A DNA stretch of 64,000 nucleotides, taken from contig NC_043000.1 of NCBI RefSeq assembly GCF_006345805.1, positions 69,998,001 to 70,062,000 of the forward strand, in the 5' to 3' direction. The translations under genes and the position numbers were made by a program. Shown here piece by piece: positions 40,193-54,075 of this stretch; position 1 is the first letter of the stretch; every line of letters begins with the position of its first letter. The DNA is from Octopus sinensis. Its lineage: Eukaryota. Under the pieces are notes generated by a model. The model was not told the origin of the DNA. It made no database searches and saw only the letters and a list, made by a program, of their open reading frames with translations.

Positions 40193-43100
40193 TGTTTATA
40201 AGCATGTTAAAAGCTGTTTCCAGGTTTTTGAACTAATTGCCAAGTGCGACTGAAGGAAAAGCATTCCGTTTTTGAATAAATTTCAGCTGGATGCCAATCT
40301 CATTACTTGGAGGAATATTTTTGGATTTAATTCTATTTTCTGTTTGTTTAATTTGCTTATGTGACTTGTCAGCAAAATAAAACCCAATGAAGTGGCCAAA
40401 ATACAAACATAAGTCTCAGGGCAAACCTAAGAATAAAAGTAAAAGTAAAAATTCAATTTCTCTGAATCATTCTCTGAAACAATAATTATCCTTTAATGGT
40501 TAAAAACTTTAAGATAATTTAAAGGATTCTATTAACAATAAGAACACCACAATTTTTTGCAAAGTGAAGAAGACAAGCAAAATTTGATGAACTATGAACG
40601 ATACAAGACTATAAATTATTTCTGCAGTTTTATTAGAAATATGGAGGAGCTAAATGTATGGACGGAGCAGACAAATTTGTGTCATGACAAAAGAAAACAA
40701 CTTTGTTCGACAAAGGATCACGAATCTCTACAACATCAAAGGCGTAGGAGCCTTCCTATGCTATCGAAGCAACAACTGGAGGTAACCCTAATGCGGTTCA
40801 AAAATAGGTTGTGGAATCGTATGTGCTTAATTTTTCAATTTAGGGCGGAGAAGCAAGGGTGAATGGTGCGTCATATGAAAGCCCGTTACGGTAGGTCACA
40901 ACATGTGACGAAGCAAAATGAGGGATACATTGGCAATAATTTTAACTCTTAGTTCATCGTCATCTTTATGGTTCAGTTTAGTATACTGAAGTAACTAGAA
41001 ACGGTATACTATCCGAAGGAGTCTGGATAGACATCCAAGTCCAATTACCACGAAGACTACATGATCGCTCCGGAGACCCCTAGAAAAACGCTGAAAACCT
41101 ATTTGCAATGAGAGGGACTCTAATTATAGGGGGCATAGAAGAAATAGATTGCTGATGCAAGCCTCTTTACAAGATTATGAACTGCTGTAATTCAACCATC
41201 CAGAGGTTCACAGGGTTATGGAGTGGCTAATTGAAATTGGTTGAAACTTGGGTAACAATTAGTAGTTTCCACTATTTTGTTTCTTGTATTTTTAATGATC
41301 TATTTCAATAGTTTCATAACTATACCTTGTTTTGTTCTATCTTAGATATATGAAGTATGCAGTGTTGTTTTCGCTAGTTCATTATTTCGGCCAATAAAAT
41401 TTCCTTAATTCATGCAAAAATTGGTTCTTTCTAATTTTTTACTACTCTTTTTTTTACCTGATAAAAGTATCTGCAATACCATACATCTAATCCTTTTTAA
41501 CTAAATTCTTTGTAGCTCGGAACTCACGCCACATACTATATGGCGAATGTCTCTCCATTAAAACGTTAGTCATTAAATATCACAGTTATTTACACACAAG
41601 CTAATCATAATTACATATTATAGGTATAATTTTCTTCGTGGACGCTAAGGATAAAATGCTAATGCATCTAAAATAATATATTTGGAATTATCCATCCATA
41701 TTTCGATCACAGTTAATGAAAATGGTGATGTTGATACGATTTAATTAATTACTCTAAAAAAATATTCATTAGTCTTGTCTTGTAAGGATAATTAATATTC
41801 AGAATATATATATATTCACATTTTCTTATATATTCACATGCTTATCGATATACAAATTCATATTTTCTTAATATTTCCCACGTAGCATATAATTTCATCA
41901 ACATTGTAATCTCGGTATAAAGAAAAATGCATAGCTGTGTCTTGCAAGCAAGTATTTCGCTTGTTATTTTCGTTTCCCACTAGCAAACATTGACACCTTA
42001 TCTACCCTTCTACTTTTTACCCAGCGAAACATCAGAGATGTAACTGCTGGAGGGGGAAAGATATACCCAAGACATCATCCAGTACTGATTTTCAGCTGAG
42101 TAGAGTTGGACTACATGGAATGAAGTGCTTTTCTCAAGAATAAAACGTGTCGCACACTTCAGTAATTGAATCCACGATCTTCTGATCCTAACCTCTTGAC
42201 CACGTACCAAGATGTAATCTTGTTGAATGCTTAGATATATTTACATAGAAAACTACATTATATTATAAAATTCTTGCACTTGTAAAATAGTAATTAAATG
42301 CGATATAGGGCTGTAGCGTAAACTTAATTTAACAAGCATGCGACCAGAGAACTACAGAAACTTCAAAAGACTAACGGTGCAAGGAAAGCAAATCACTTTG
42401 ATATCGGAATTAAATTGGAGATTTCACTGGAGATTTTACTTATTTGTAACAGGAAAGTGAAGTAAATGGAAAGTTGTGGTGCCAATGGTGTAAATGGAAA
42501 TGATAGTTCAGGGGAATTTACTTTGTACTAAATGAGTTAGCAATATCTTTGTTAACATAGTGATGTGTTTCTTAGGTTCAAAGCTAAATACTGAAAAGAA
42601 CATCATATCTAAATCATATTTAGTATAATTCAGATAATATTTTATCGAGCTCAGGGGCAACTTGCCCTAGTATAGTTTTAAATAGGAACGGAGAAGGACA
42701 CAAAATATTGTTATGGTCAACTGTTTTGAAAATGCATTGGTCTGGCTTTTATTAAGAAATATTTAACGATAAAACATTTAGTCGTGCATTTTAGTCACGC
42801 TTTCCTGAAACCTTCCACACTTTCTTTAAAATATTGTTAAACAATACAATTATCTCTGTGACAGTTTACAGAATTTTTTAATATTTTTATGTGTAACAAA
42901 TTATTTTAGAAGGATGATATACCAGGGAAGAAACTAAATGCATTTCTACATTTCTTATCTATCTAATCTACATTTGACTGAGTAAATACCCTTATGTACC
43001 ATTGTTTAAGTAATAAGCGGTCCTTTATATTTATACTGATAGTAACCCCTTGCAGCAAATTAAGTCCACCAGCACTTTACATAGTTTAATCAAATATATG

Positions 43101-44142
43101 AATATTAGACATAATGTGAAATAGAAATTTGTTTGGATTTTGTGTGTGTGGCGTAACAGTATTAGACGACTTACTACAACTTACCGATATTAGAAGCAAA
43201 AGCTACGGAAAGACAAACAACTATATTTTATATATGGACGACCGCAAGCTGTGCACTGCAGTGATGAACAACTAGAAACACGGCTGCTCACAGTACACAG
43301 TAAATACTTGTCACATAATTTCAAGAGATTTGAATTAGAAAATCTTACAAGGCGACCTTGAAATGAGGAAAATTAAGAACGCTTGTGTCATCTGTATATA
43401 TATAAGGCAACATGTGTGTGCGTGCGTGTGTGTGTATGTGTACGTGATTGTAGTTTATGCACATCCACAAATTAGCACGCATGTCGCTCAAATTTTAGGA
43501 GGACATTCGTCAACATCCTATCTGGGTTTTGTCAACTTATATTTTTCCCGAGGCACCCGCGGATAGCGTAAAATTATATTTTCAACCATAGCTTTTAGCC
43601 ATAAAAAATATCAGCCATGGCTTTTTGACGTCGTCTAACAAAAAAAAATAAGATAAAGAAAAGTGGAAGAAGGAGGCAGAGAGTTTCATGGGAAAGACAA
43701 AGTGAGAGCGGGAGAGAGAGAGTAAGTGAAGACGTTCATAAAAAATAAAATGTAAAATGTTTTCTCTTTTTTGAAAGACACTATATTTTATAATCATAGT
43801 ATATATACTTTCTCACACAACAATTACAATATATTTTAAATCGTTCATCTTTTTCCCCCATCTTTTTCACGGACCACAAAAAGGGTTTTGTAGCATATTA
43901 GGATGCCATAGTAGTTGATTCCACGCAAAAAAAGCCGATTTTTTTCTTAGTGAAAATCGTGTTAATCTACAAATTTAAGAACATTTTTTCCATTCATTTC
44001 TGTTTATGAACATGTATATATGCACAAAACATGCAATAGGTGTACGTACGTACGTGTGTGCATGTGTGCTCGTGTCTGTTGCCCGTATATATTTATATTA
44101 TATTATATTATATATATATAATATATATAATATATATATAAT

Positions 44143-44267
44143 ATAACCAATTTCAACGGATTTCGCCCAAATTTAACGTCGATATTACTTAGTTTGGTGT
44201 GAAATAGAAACTTGATTAGCTTAATAATCGTAACTTAATCCAGGGCAAGGTCGGGTTGTACTGCTAG
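44143..44267 (+). mobile_element. Helitron-like 3' end
   Basis: cc.gggcaaggtcggg..tactgCTAGt, as at 18060-18087. Confidence 0.5.
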
Positions 44268-44542
44268 TTCTAGATAAAGAAACGGAATAATGAGAATTGC
44301 ACCAAACGTAGTCATGTCAATATTTAGCTAACAATGAACCTTATAAAGCACAGCTCATAAAGATGAAAAAATAGTACACACATCGTATTAATACTTAAAA
44401 CAGAGGTAAATGTAAATACCGTCTAGCAATTTATAGAGAATGAGTGTCGGGAAAGAGTTCTCCAGCAAGCACTGAGCATCAACAAAAATTAACTGGCTAG
44501 TCTGCTCCAGAGAACTTTTAGGTCGGCGATTGTTATGATAAA

Positions 44543-44762
44543 CGTTCTATAGCTATCATCGTTTATTATTTTTGTATACATTGTATACTTGTATTTCATG
44601 TTTTTTTTCTCATTCGATTTTCTGTTAATCTCCATACAGGCATGGCTGTGTGGAAGAAGCTTGCTTCTCAACTACATAGCACAATGGGCAAGTGTCTTCT
44701 ACTATAGTATCGGGCTAACCAAAGTCTTGTGGGTGAATTTGGTGGACGGAAACTGAAAAACC

Positions 44763-44837
<75 letters not shown>

Positions 44838-44885
44838 GTATGTATATATACATACATATATATATATAATTTGATATACATACAT

Positions 44886-44917
<32 letters not shown>

Positions 44918-45390
44918 ACGGGTTTTATCAGTTTCTATCCACCAAATTCATCCACAAGGCTCTGGTCAGCCCGAGGCTATCGTAGAAGACACTTGCCCAG
45001 TGTGTTATGTAGCTGGGAAGCTAACTTCCTCCACACACACCCATGCCTGTATGGAGATTAACAGAAAATCATGAAATACAAGTATACAATGTATACAAAA
45101 AAAATGAACTATGATAACTATAGAACGATGGTAAATGTATTGAACGATACGCGCACACACACACATACATATGTGTGTGTGTATGCTTGTCTCTGTGTTT
45201 GCTTTTCTCCTCCACCATTGTTTGACAAAAGGTGTTGCTTTGTTTACGTCACCGTAACATAGTGGTTCGGCCAAATTGACCGGTAGGCTTTGAAAAATCT
45301 TGAAATCGAAGGTTCGACTAAATCCCTTAAGGTGGTACCCTACCATGACTGCAGTTGAATAATTGAAACAAGTAAAGAAAAAAAAGTACT
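44543..45390. mobile_element. SINE (5' half 44630-44763, 3' half ~45170-45390) interrupted by an inverted copy of its own 5' half and flank (44920-45127)
   Basis: Arms 44543-44763 and 44920-45127 share flank sequence and the same internal deletion. Confidence 0.85.
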
Positions 45391-45471
45391 TTATGTATAC
45401 CTCTGTGATTTCCCCCTTATCCAGCGCTCTGATGCCACATAAAAGAGAGTATCATTATCTGCTCTTGTTAA

Positions 45472-45690
45472 GACGGCAGGCTGGTAGAATCGTTAGCCCG
45501 CCGGGCGAAATGCTTACCGGCATTTCGTCTGTCTTTACGTTCTGAGTTCAAATTCTGCCGAGGTTGACTTTGCTTTCATTTTTCTGGAGTCGATAAAATA
45601 AGTACCAGTTGGACACTGGTGTCGATGTAATCGATTTACCCACTCTTCTAAAATTGCTGGTCTTGTACAATAATTTGAAATCACTATTAT
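45472..45690 (+). mobile_element. Abundant tRNA-derived SINE
   Basis: gaatcgttagc.cgccgggcgaaatgctta..gagttcaaattc. Confidence 0.85.
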
Positions 45691-46029
45691 TATTGTTGTT
45701 GCTGCTGCTGCTCTTGTTAATATTATTGTTGTTGCTGTTGTTATAAATATACTGCATAAATCGAAAACGTAAAACGAAAAGTGCAATCCTTATTTAGCGA
45801 AAAGAAAAAAGAAGAATCCCATATGTATAAGAAAATAAAAACCCAAATAGCGCAAATTGTATTTTTTAAAATAATGATACCTTTCTAGAAAAGGAAAGAT
45901 TTAAAAAGTCTGTTGATGTGTCAAGTCAGTGAAAGCCATGCTAGATATGACACTTCGAAAAATTTGACTGTTTCTTCCAGGAGATATTTCAGTGAATTAT
46001 CAATAGATTCTAAAGAAATAATAATAAAA

Positions 46030-46380
46030 CAAACTTAACACAAGGATCCATGGGAATTCAAGCATAAAATGACGGATTATACATACTGTAAAAATGGCAC
46101 AATGTGTCTAAAGAAGGTAAACTGATGTAACATGGACATGGCCATCGTAACCAGTAAGTAATTCTGTCAAAAACATTGCTCGAAAAGAAGTGAAGAAACT
46201 ATTAAAAGCCAAGGCCTTGAAATTGAAATAAGCAGGATGTTGAATATGGAAGTAAAATCAGTACCAATTTCATAGGGCAACATGAACAATTTTGGTTCCC
46301 AGAGTATATTAAGGGCACTGATTTCAAATATACCATCAGTTTTCCTTAAGCAGTCCTACTTTTGAAAACACTGTTAACCT
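46030..46380 (+). mobile_element. Old R4/Dong 3' (RLE) relic
   Basis: WEF.., MDMAI, QGLEIEISRMLNMEVKSVP resemble KDLEIEVTRMWNLKTETIP. Confidence 0.55.
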
Positions 46381-47059
46381 TTTTATATACTGAAATTAGG
46401 GATTTCAGTTGCAGTTTACTATAGCTTGCTATTCTCTTTTATCGTTACTTCACTCCATAGAACTTCTCCAATTGAGAAGCTCAAGTAACTTATATTAATT
46501 CTAAACTGTAAAGTCTTCAAGATAAAACAGGAATACAAACTAATTTAGCGCTACCCAAAGTGGAAATGTCATACTTTTTAAGGTGATAAAAACTGAACGC
46601 ATCAGTTTCATTCAAAAGACCTTATTTTTTTATTTTGTTTTTGTTAGCTACACTAACATTCTTTTTAATAATTAAGAAATTAAATTTAAGGTAGTTATAT
46701 TTGTGGTTTTGTCATTATTTCCTTAGTGTTCATGTTATATACAGTTACAGAATTTAATTAAGAAAATGTATGGAAAATAATGAAAACGGAAGGACAATCT
46801 TTCTTGTCCAAATGAATTGGTCAATAAACGAAGGTGGTCATATGTAGTTTGGATGTACGTGCGTAACAAGTAAATGCAATGTAGTCTAATCTTCTATTTG
46901 CTATCTTCTATATCTTCGATAGCAAATTGCTTGTTAGAACCGTATGTTATGTAAGATAAATTCTAAATTCGATAAATTCGATAAATTCTAAATTCGTAAA
47001 CTTAAATTATCTACTTACTTGTGACATTAAACCTGCGTAGCGAATTAAATTTGGTCTGT

Positions 47060-47250
47060 ATATTGTGTTTCCATATTCCAAAGACGTGGTTTCTTCATAA
47101 AGATGGTGCACGAACTATTCAGGCAGCTTCTGCTGAATTTATTGCGAGAAAACTTTCAATGAACATCGAACATCTATTTCGAATTATTTGAAGAGTGCCT
47201 ATTTTGCTTGGAGACCAAGATGAATTGTGGCCTCCAAAATGTGCATAGGA
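47060..47250 (+). mobile_element. Tc1-like DDE relic
   Basis: WFLHKDGA.. and LWPP resemble WFQQDGA and WPPxSPD. Confidence 0.35.
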
Positions 47251-48127
47251 AATTAACATTAATAAGGTTGTAATACGCAGATGTGCCTGAAATTGTAAAA
47301 TTCCAGTATTATGGATCGTAACAAAAACAATTACGGTGGGTTGTTATTGCCACATTTTCAACATAAAGGATATCAATCGAAATTATCAAAATAAAAGTGA
47401 ACCTATCCTGATCAATAATCTGTAAACATAAACCTGTTTTGCATACTAATGAGATACCCGCTCCATCTCACATCCACCTGCCAGAGCTTTTGCTGAATGA
47501 TGACACTAAGCCAACTTATCTAATGACGTAGAACATAACAGGAGTGTGAAAATTATCAGTGGCTTTCAAGGAATACTATCATTTGCTCGATGTTCAAACC
47601 AACTTGACCTCACAACTTGATGCGAATAAACTTCCATCTAGAAAATGAAAATATTGCAGAAGAAGCTTTCTACAGCTGGAGAGAATTTACAGCTTTTAAT
47701 GGAATTGTAGTACGTCTTTCTTATTAACACTAAATGTAATTTATTGAGCTTTCCAAGTCCGTCATCTGCTGTTCAGCATTTAAAACCAACTGTTACCGAG
47801 CCGATTTTACCAAATTTTTCCATTTTATAAGCCTCTCATTGCAGTTGTCAAAGTTATACAGACCTACATATCTTTTTTACCTTATCCTACTTGTACATTT
47901 AAGTCATTTTGAATGATGTTTTCTTGAGACTTGCATCGCTCCAATGTTGTTTTTTCGGTGGGGGGGAAGGGTCCTAAAATTTTTCAAGTTCATGGTCGCT
48001 GCTCTCGCTTTTTGGTGTATAGATTTTTTGTTAATGTTGGTATCGACGGGTCTGTTTCCATTACATAACGAAATAATTATCCAATCTATTAAACATGTAC
48101 CAGGCATACAGATAAGATAAAACATCG

Positions 48128-48800
48128 AAAATATCCGTTATGCGGACGACACAGTTCTCATGACTATAACGAAGGAAGATCTACACACTTTAGTTAGTAT
48201 TGCTGAGTACTGTGAGTGAAACGATAGGTCTGAGTTTCAACAGACAAAAAGGTATAATGAGGCTCTCAAATTTAATCCATCTGCTACATATTTACCGAAC
48301 GATAATGAGACAAATCGATAGCTTTAAACATTTGGAAATCCTCATTACATATATGAGACAGAAAGTGGAGGATAGGCAGGTCAAGAATGCGTTAAGAATG
48401 AAAGAAAGAGCTTCAGAAACATACAGTGGATTCATCTGTATATATGGCTGTGAGACCTAGAACGTCAATAAACATAGCAAAAGCTTCTCAATACTGTAGA
48501 GATGCGAGTCCTCTGATGATTGCTTAAGATATCCTATATAGTTGAGAGGCAAACATCGAGGATCTTAGACGAACAGAAGCTACTAGAAAAAGGTCTTGAT
48601 AATATATAAGGCGGCAACAGGCTAAGTGCACTAGATGTCATATGAGAAAATAAAAGCTTTCACGCTTCATGACAACTGAAAAACTGACAAAAACTAACAA
48701 ATGAATGAAGGAAGCCAGTAAAGACAGAAAGAGATGACAGTCGACGGCTTTATCTCCTAGCTACAGAATGACCGACTCGGAAATATACTAAGTTGTGTTT
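48128..48800 (+). mobile_element. RTE-like RT 3' relic
   Basis: IRYADDTVL, FKHLEILIT, YGCET*. Confidence 0.65.
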
Positions 48801-48899
48801 GGGAATGAAGGGATGAATAACCTGTGATTGATGATGTAAGTATGGCAGATGAAGAGAATAACAGGCCTGCATACTTGTAAAGATTAATTATTGATAAAT

Positions 48900-49190
48900 A
48901 TTGATTCTAAATTGTGGCACCAGGCCAGCAATTTCGGGGAAGGGAGTAAGTGGATTACATCGACCCCAGTGTTCAACTGGTACTTCTTTTATCGACACCA
49001 AAAGGATCAGAGGCAAAATCGACCTCGAGAGAGTTTTGACTCAGACCGTAAAGACGGACGAATTGCCGCTAAGCATTTCAACCGAATCATAAGCACGCCG
49101 AAATGCCGCTAAGCATTTCGCCAGAATCGTTAGCACGCCGAAACCCCGCTAGGCATTTTAGTCTGCTAACGATTCGTCGCCGTTCACCAC
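48900..49190 (-). mobile_element. SINE with a rearranged head (40-bp unit x2.5)
   Basis: Normal body; units at 49061-49100 and 49101-49140. Confidence 0.8.
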
Positions 49191-49780
49191 CTCATTATTG
49201 ATAAATATTAACATATATTAAAATAGAAAACTTCAAGCAGGAAATGAACCTGCATACTCCTTGTATAGATTACATAAAGGCATGTAATACTGTACTGAAT
49301 TTATGAATATTTGAATGAAAGATGTGTAAATTATTACCAAGGGTTACAGATTTAATAAAATTAGACTTTCTTGACTGGAGAACAAAGATTATGTGACATC
49401 TTAAGAGGCTCTTAAAATAAATCAAATTTTGAGTTGAAATTCGCATCACTAAATTCTGCGGGGAAACCATTTTTGGTTACTAATATCAGCTAAGTTTTCC
49501 TCAAAATATCACCACACCATTTTAAAAAGGAAGAACACATTGGCTAATAATTTAGCATTAGATATACTTAATGATATGTGATTTGCCACAGCTGGGGTAC
49601 CCTCGTGTTGTTGTTCCTGTCTAAACACGAACAGCAACACAAGAAGTGTTGAGAATAGTTGGATTAATTATGATAAGCTCATTTTCTAAATTCTTCATTT
49701 CATTATTTTGCCCTCAGTAGTCTATTCCTACAGTAATCTCTAAGTTTTACTTTTCTGTCTCACTGTATGTATGTAAAATT

Positions 49781-49785
<5 letters not shown>

Positions 49786-49867
<82 letters not shown>
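49786..49867. repeat. (TA)n microsatellite
   Basis: Direct reading. Confidence 0.97.
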
Positions 49868-49868
<1 letters not shown>

Positions 49869-50070
49869 TCTTAAACAAGAGAGACAGAGACAGGTAGAAA
49901 CAAGGAAAGTGCCCCCTGTATTTGAATACTATGCAAATATTCTTTTAAAAAACTTTTCTTTTAATTTTTCCAAAATTTAATTGTTTTCCATACTTACAGT
50001 TGAAAAAGTCTCAATGACTGAAACCGGTACTGAAATGTTTTTTATAAAATTCTTTTAGCATTTTCCACCT
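49868..50070 (+). mobile_element. PLE 3' end/pLTR
   Basis: Matches 33900-34052; begins with LNKR-like codons. Confidence 0.7.
49994..50035 (+). ncRNA. Minimal type I hammerhead with a U3:A8 core
   Basis: uuacag-UUGAAAA-aguc[ucaau]gacu-GAAA-CCGG-UA-cugaaa; perfect stem II, palindromic ACCGGU, triplet GUA. Confidence 0.7.
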
Positions 50071-51001
50071 TGACTTTTTTCCATATATATCAACTCGTGT
50101 GTCACTTTTCAGCCTTATGTGTGTGGTGTGTGTGTGTGTGTGTGTGGTGTGTGTGTGTGCGTGTACATTCTAAGGTATTGCATAATTTTACAGGAGAGTG
50201 GAGTGTGTTGCTGCAATTGTACTTGTGGATTGTAAATATTTACTCGCATATGTGATGATCAGCTTCTCTATGAACTGACATGTGTGTTTGTTTTGCTTTG
50301 TTCGTGCCATATTGTATATCATCTGGCCTCAAAATTTCTTCAGAATTTTCATTTCTGCTATTACCTTTGTTTTGCATCTGTTTTTCAATTTAGTCTCTCC
50401 CAATAAAGAAGACTTCTAATTTTATAATAATTAGACCTGCTACTTTCAATTTCATACATTCATCTTTTAACCACCTCGAGGATTCACTCATCTAATCTTG
50501 GGATTTTTTCTAATAAAAGTAATTAATACAATTATAAACTTTTTTTTTAATAAACCAATTTTGAAATTTTAACAAACCCACAGCATTGAAACTTCGAGGT
50601 CTCTGTAAACTTAAAAATAGAGAAATTGTATTTTGACACTACATTTGTATTGATTTCTTTCTCAATACACACTTTGCATACATTTTAGTTCACTAATGTG
50701 TGCTCATGCGCAAGTTTTTATGTAAGTTATTTTTATAATAAAATATTGCTCCTATGTGGAGAGGAAAAGGGAAGAGGGTAAAAAATAGGAATAAAATGCA
50801 ATAAAAATCGAGGAAAAATACAAAGAGATAAATCTAACGAAAGAAAGAATCGAAAATTTAATATTACCGTGTGATAGTATTCATCACGACTTTTCGTGTA
50901 GAACCAGAATAGAGGTTATTTGAAAAGGAACTAAGGTGAAATTATCATTTCTAACTGAAGACCTGAGTGTCTTAATTTCTAAAAGATTTCATTAATTACT
51001 A

Positions 51002-51435
51002 TTGCAGAGTCGTTAGCATGCCGGACAAAATGCTTAGCGGCACCTCGTCCGTCATTACGTTCTGAGTTCAAATTCCACCGAGGTTGACTTCGCCCTACAT
51101 CTTTTCGGGGTCGATGAAATAAGTAGAAGTCTAGCACTAGGGTCGATGTAATCGATTAGTCTCTTCCCATGAAATTGCTGACCTCGTGCCGAAATTTGAA
51201 ACTATTATTTAGTATTGTTTAGGCGGTAAACTAGCAGAATTGTTACCATGTTGGACAAAATGCTTAGCAGCAGTTTGTCCGTTTTATGTTGTGAGTTCAA
51301 ATACATCCGAGATCGACTTCACCTTTCATTTTTTCGCAGTATGTAAAATAAGTAGCAGTTAACCACGGGGGTCGATGTAATCGATTATCCCCTCTCCCAA
51401 AATTTCAGGTCTTGTGCTCGTAGTAAAAAGGATTA
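51002..51435 (+). mobile_element. Two tandem SINE copies (~51002-51208 and ~51220-51435)
   Basis: Each has gttagc/acc..aaatgcttagc..gagttcaaat..gtcgatgtaatcga. Confidence 0.8.
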
Positions 51436-52259
51436 TTTTGCTACTGAAGTATTTTTTCTTTGTTGATTAGGATTCTGGTGTTATATTATCTATTTGAATA
51501 ACTATTAACTACGTTTATTTCTGTATAAACAATTATTTCGTTACCGTTTTCTTTGAGATTAATTTTCTCATCCAAACGTCATAGAATCTATAGTAAGTTT
51601 TTTTTTTCTTGATACTTTCAATACTTTGTAAATTCTTGGTCTTAAAGTCTACTATCATGTTCTTTATTGTCAATAACTACATTCTATTGGCAAAGTATAC
51701 TGGATAGAAACATTTCGCTGTAATTTTATTTTGGAGTTTTAAGACCACTAGTTTCTAAAACCAGAATACTGGCATACTGTCCGTTTTTTATGCATTTCAA
51801 GTTTTCTATCATACATCTGTTCTAAATAATACCAAATACTGAAATATTATTTTAAACTCAAACTTTTAATATCCCACACTTATTTCTAAATTATATCTAC
51901 ATCTAGTTTTATTGCGAACAATACTAAATGTAGCTCTTGCAGAGATGACCGATAAATGTGAAGAAGATTTAGCTCGGAATATCTAATCTTACGGTGTTTA
52001 TTTAACGTTCGCTTTTGAGGGCAATATCAAGCTCTCCATTGAATCACATTTATAGTTATATCTTCTCTTACGAGTTTTATTTTATCTATATTTTTACTTC
52101 TCTTCATATTTTTACTTCTCTCAATAAAAGAATCAACCAATTAAAATACTCCTACATACAATATCCACATTCAACAACAATGAAAATTCTGAAGATAGAA
52201 AAACTTCATCTGCAGACCAGCATGAAAACCTCCATTGAAAATCACAGAGCTGCAGAGGA

Positions 52260-54075
52260 ATAGCGGGTAATCAAAAACATCAAACAGAACTCAAAAGTGT
52301 TCTATTCTTATGCAACTAAGCATAGAACCGCTGTCTCACCCATTAGGCCATTGATCGATGATAACGGCATTCCCTAACACGATGCTAAAGAAATGTCAGA
52401 AATACTGCAGAAACAATACTACTGTCTTTAGTGATCCCACTGATATTAACGTAAGAGAAGCGAACGAAGTTGATTCCCAACATAAAATCTCGGACATAAC
52501 TTTCACTGCCTCAGACATTATAGCTGCAATAAATGAGGTCAAATAATATTCTGCTGTAGGCCCTGATAGATTCCCCGCTAGTTTCCTGAAGGAATGTAGA
52601 CATCAACTTGCAGTCCCTCTGACCAACCTCTGGAGAAATTCTTTAGACTCAGGTTATATACCAAAACAGCTCCTAACTCAGTCTGTCATCACGGTTTTCA
52701 AACAGAAAAACGGATCCCTCGCAGTCCCTATCGTCCAATCTCACTCACCTCCGACATCATTAAAGCGTTTGAAAGAGTGGTAAGATCAAGGATAGCTGGT
52801 TTCCTGAAGATCCACAAACTCCTAAATGCAAATCTGCATGACACCACTTTGAGCTTATACTTAAAGCCTTGGGAACAGGTTCGAACTCTGGTGTCATATA
52901 TCTTGACTTTAGTAAAGCGTTCGACAGGGTAGATCATAATATCTTACCCGCAAAATTGGCTAATGTTGGAATCTGTGGAAAGCTTCTACACTGGATTGAG
53001 TATTTCCTGGTAAATAGAACACAATGGAGTTCACTCAATCCCAGTGGTGTCCCTCAGGAGATTGTCTTGGGTTCACTCCTCTCTTTATATCTACATAAAC
53101 AACCTTTCCAGCGTCGTAAATCACTGCAAAGTGAAAATATTTGCTGATGACACTATGCTCCAGCAAATCATCAATGAAGAAGAAGACCGAACTCAACTCC
53201 ACTCTGATCTATATGCGGTGAGTCATACAACTAAACGAGGGAAAATGTGAGCTGATGCATTTTGGAAGGACTATACTAAAACAGTCATACTCCCTTCCTT
53301 CGCGGGAACTGCTCACAACATCTAATAATATCAGAGAACTAGGTGTAATTGTTGATAGCAATCTCAGTTGGTGTGCTCATATCAACAATAAGGTCGATAT
53401 AGCTCGTAGGATTAGCTCCTGAATCTTAAGAACATTCCGGTCCAGAGAACAAGTTATCATCATTCCACTTTTCTCCTCCTTTGTACGGCTACACCACGAA
53501 TAACTGCTCCCCTTGTGGTCTCGCCATACAAAACAAAACATCTCGAAAATTGAATCACCCCAGAGGGCACTCACTGAACGAATTGAAGGCATGAATGATC
53601 TCGATTGCTAGGACCACCTTAAAGCCTTGAAACTCTACTCTCTCCAGCGCCGCTTCGAACGGTACATCATTTGCACGATGTTGAGAATATACCACCAGCA
53701 TTGCCCAAATAACCTGAACATTAGCTTCAAGGTTCATCCAAGGCTGGGACCACGGGCCATACGTCCCCTACCCAATTCAAGATCACAACATATATGTACA
53801 CTGCGATACAATTTCTTTTCCTCAACAGGCCCTGCCCTGTTTAACATTGTCCCAAACCTGATCAAAGAGGAAAAGGATCCCATCACCTTTAAACGGAGTC
53901 TGGACAAATTTCTTCGAGGAATATCACATAAGTCACCCATACCTGTATACAACTCACTCAACAAGAACTCACTACTTGAATGAACCATAATACTACAAAA
54001 TTTGACTTCAGATAATCCTATCAGGTGGTGCTATTAAGTTAGACATGGCTTGGACCAATCTTTAGTCGAAAAGTT
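52260..54075 (+). mobile_element. CR1-like LINE RT, 5'-truncated and decayed
   Basis: GPDRFPASFLKEC, RPISLTS, IYLDFSKAFDRVDH, SGVPQ, KIFADDT, YSLQRRFERY. Confidence 0.88.

Noticed and set aside
40975-41015. tagtata-CTGAAGT..GAAACGG-tatacta
   Set aside because: A9, stem II and the cleavage triplet are missing.
42010-42210. 66-aa ORF or possible host exon after tttttacccag
   Set aside because: All frames stop quickly; the plus strand looks more like a decayed RTE endonuclease end (IRDVT..HHPVL).
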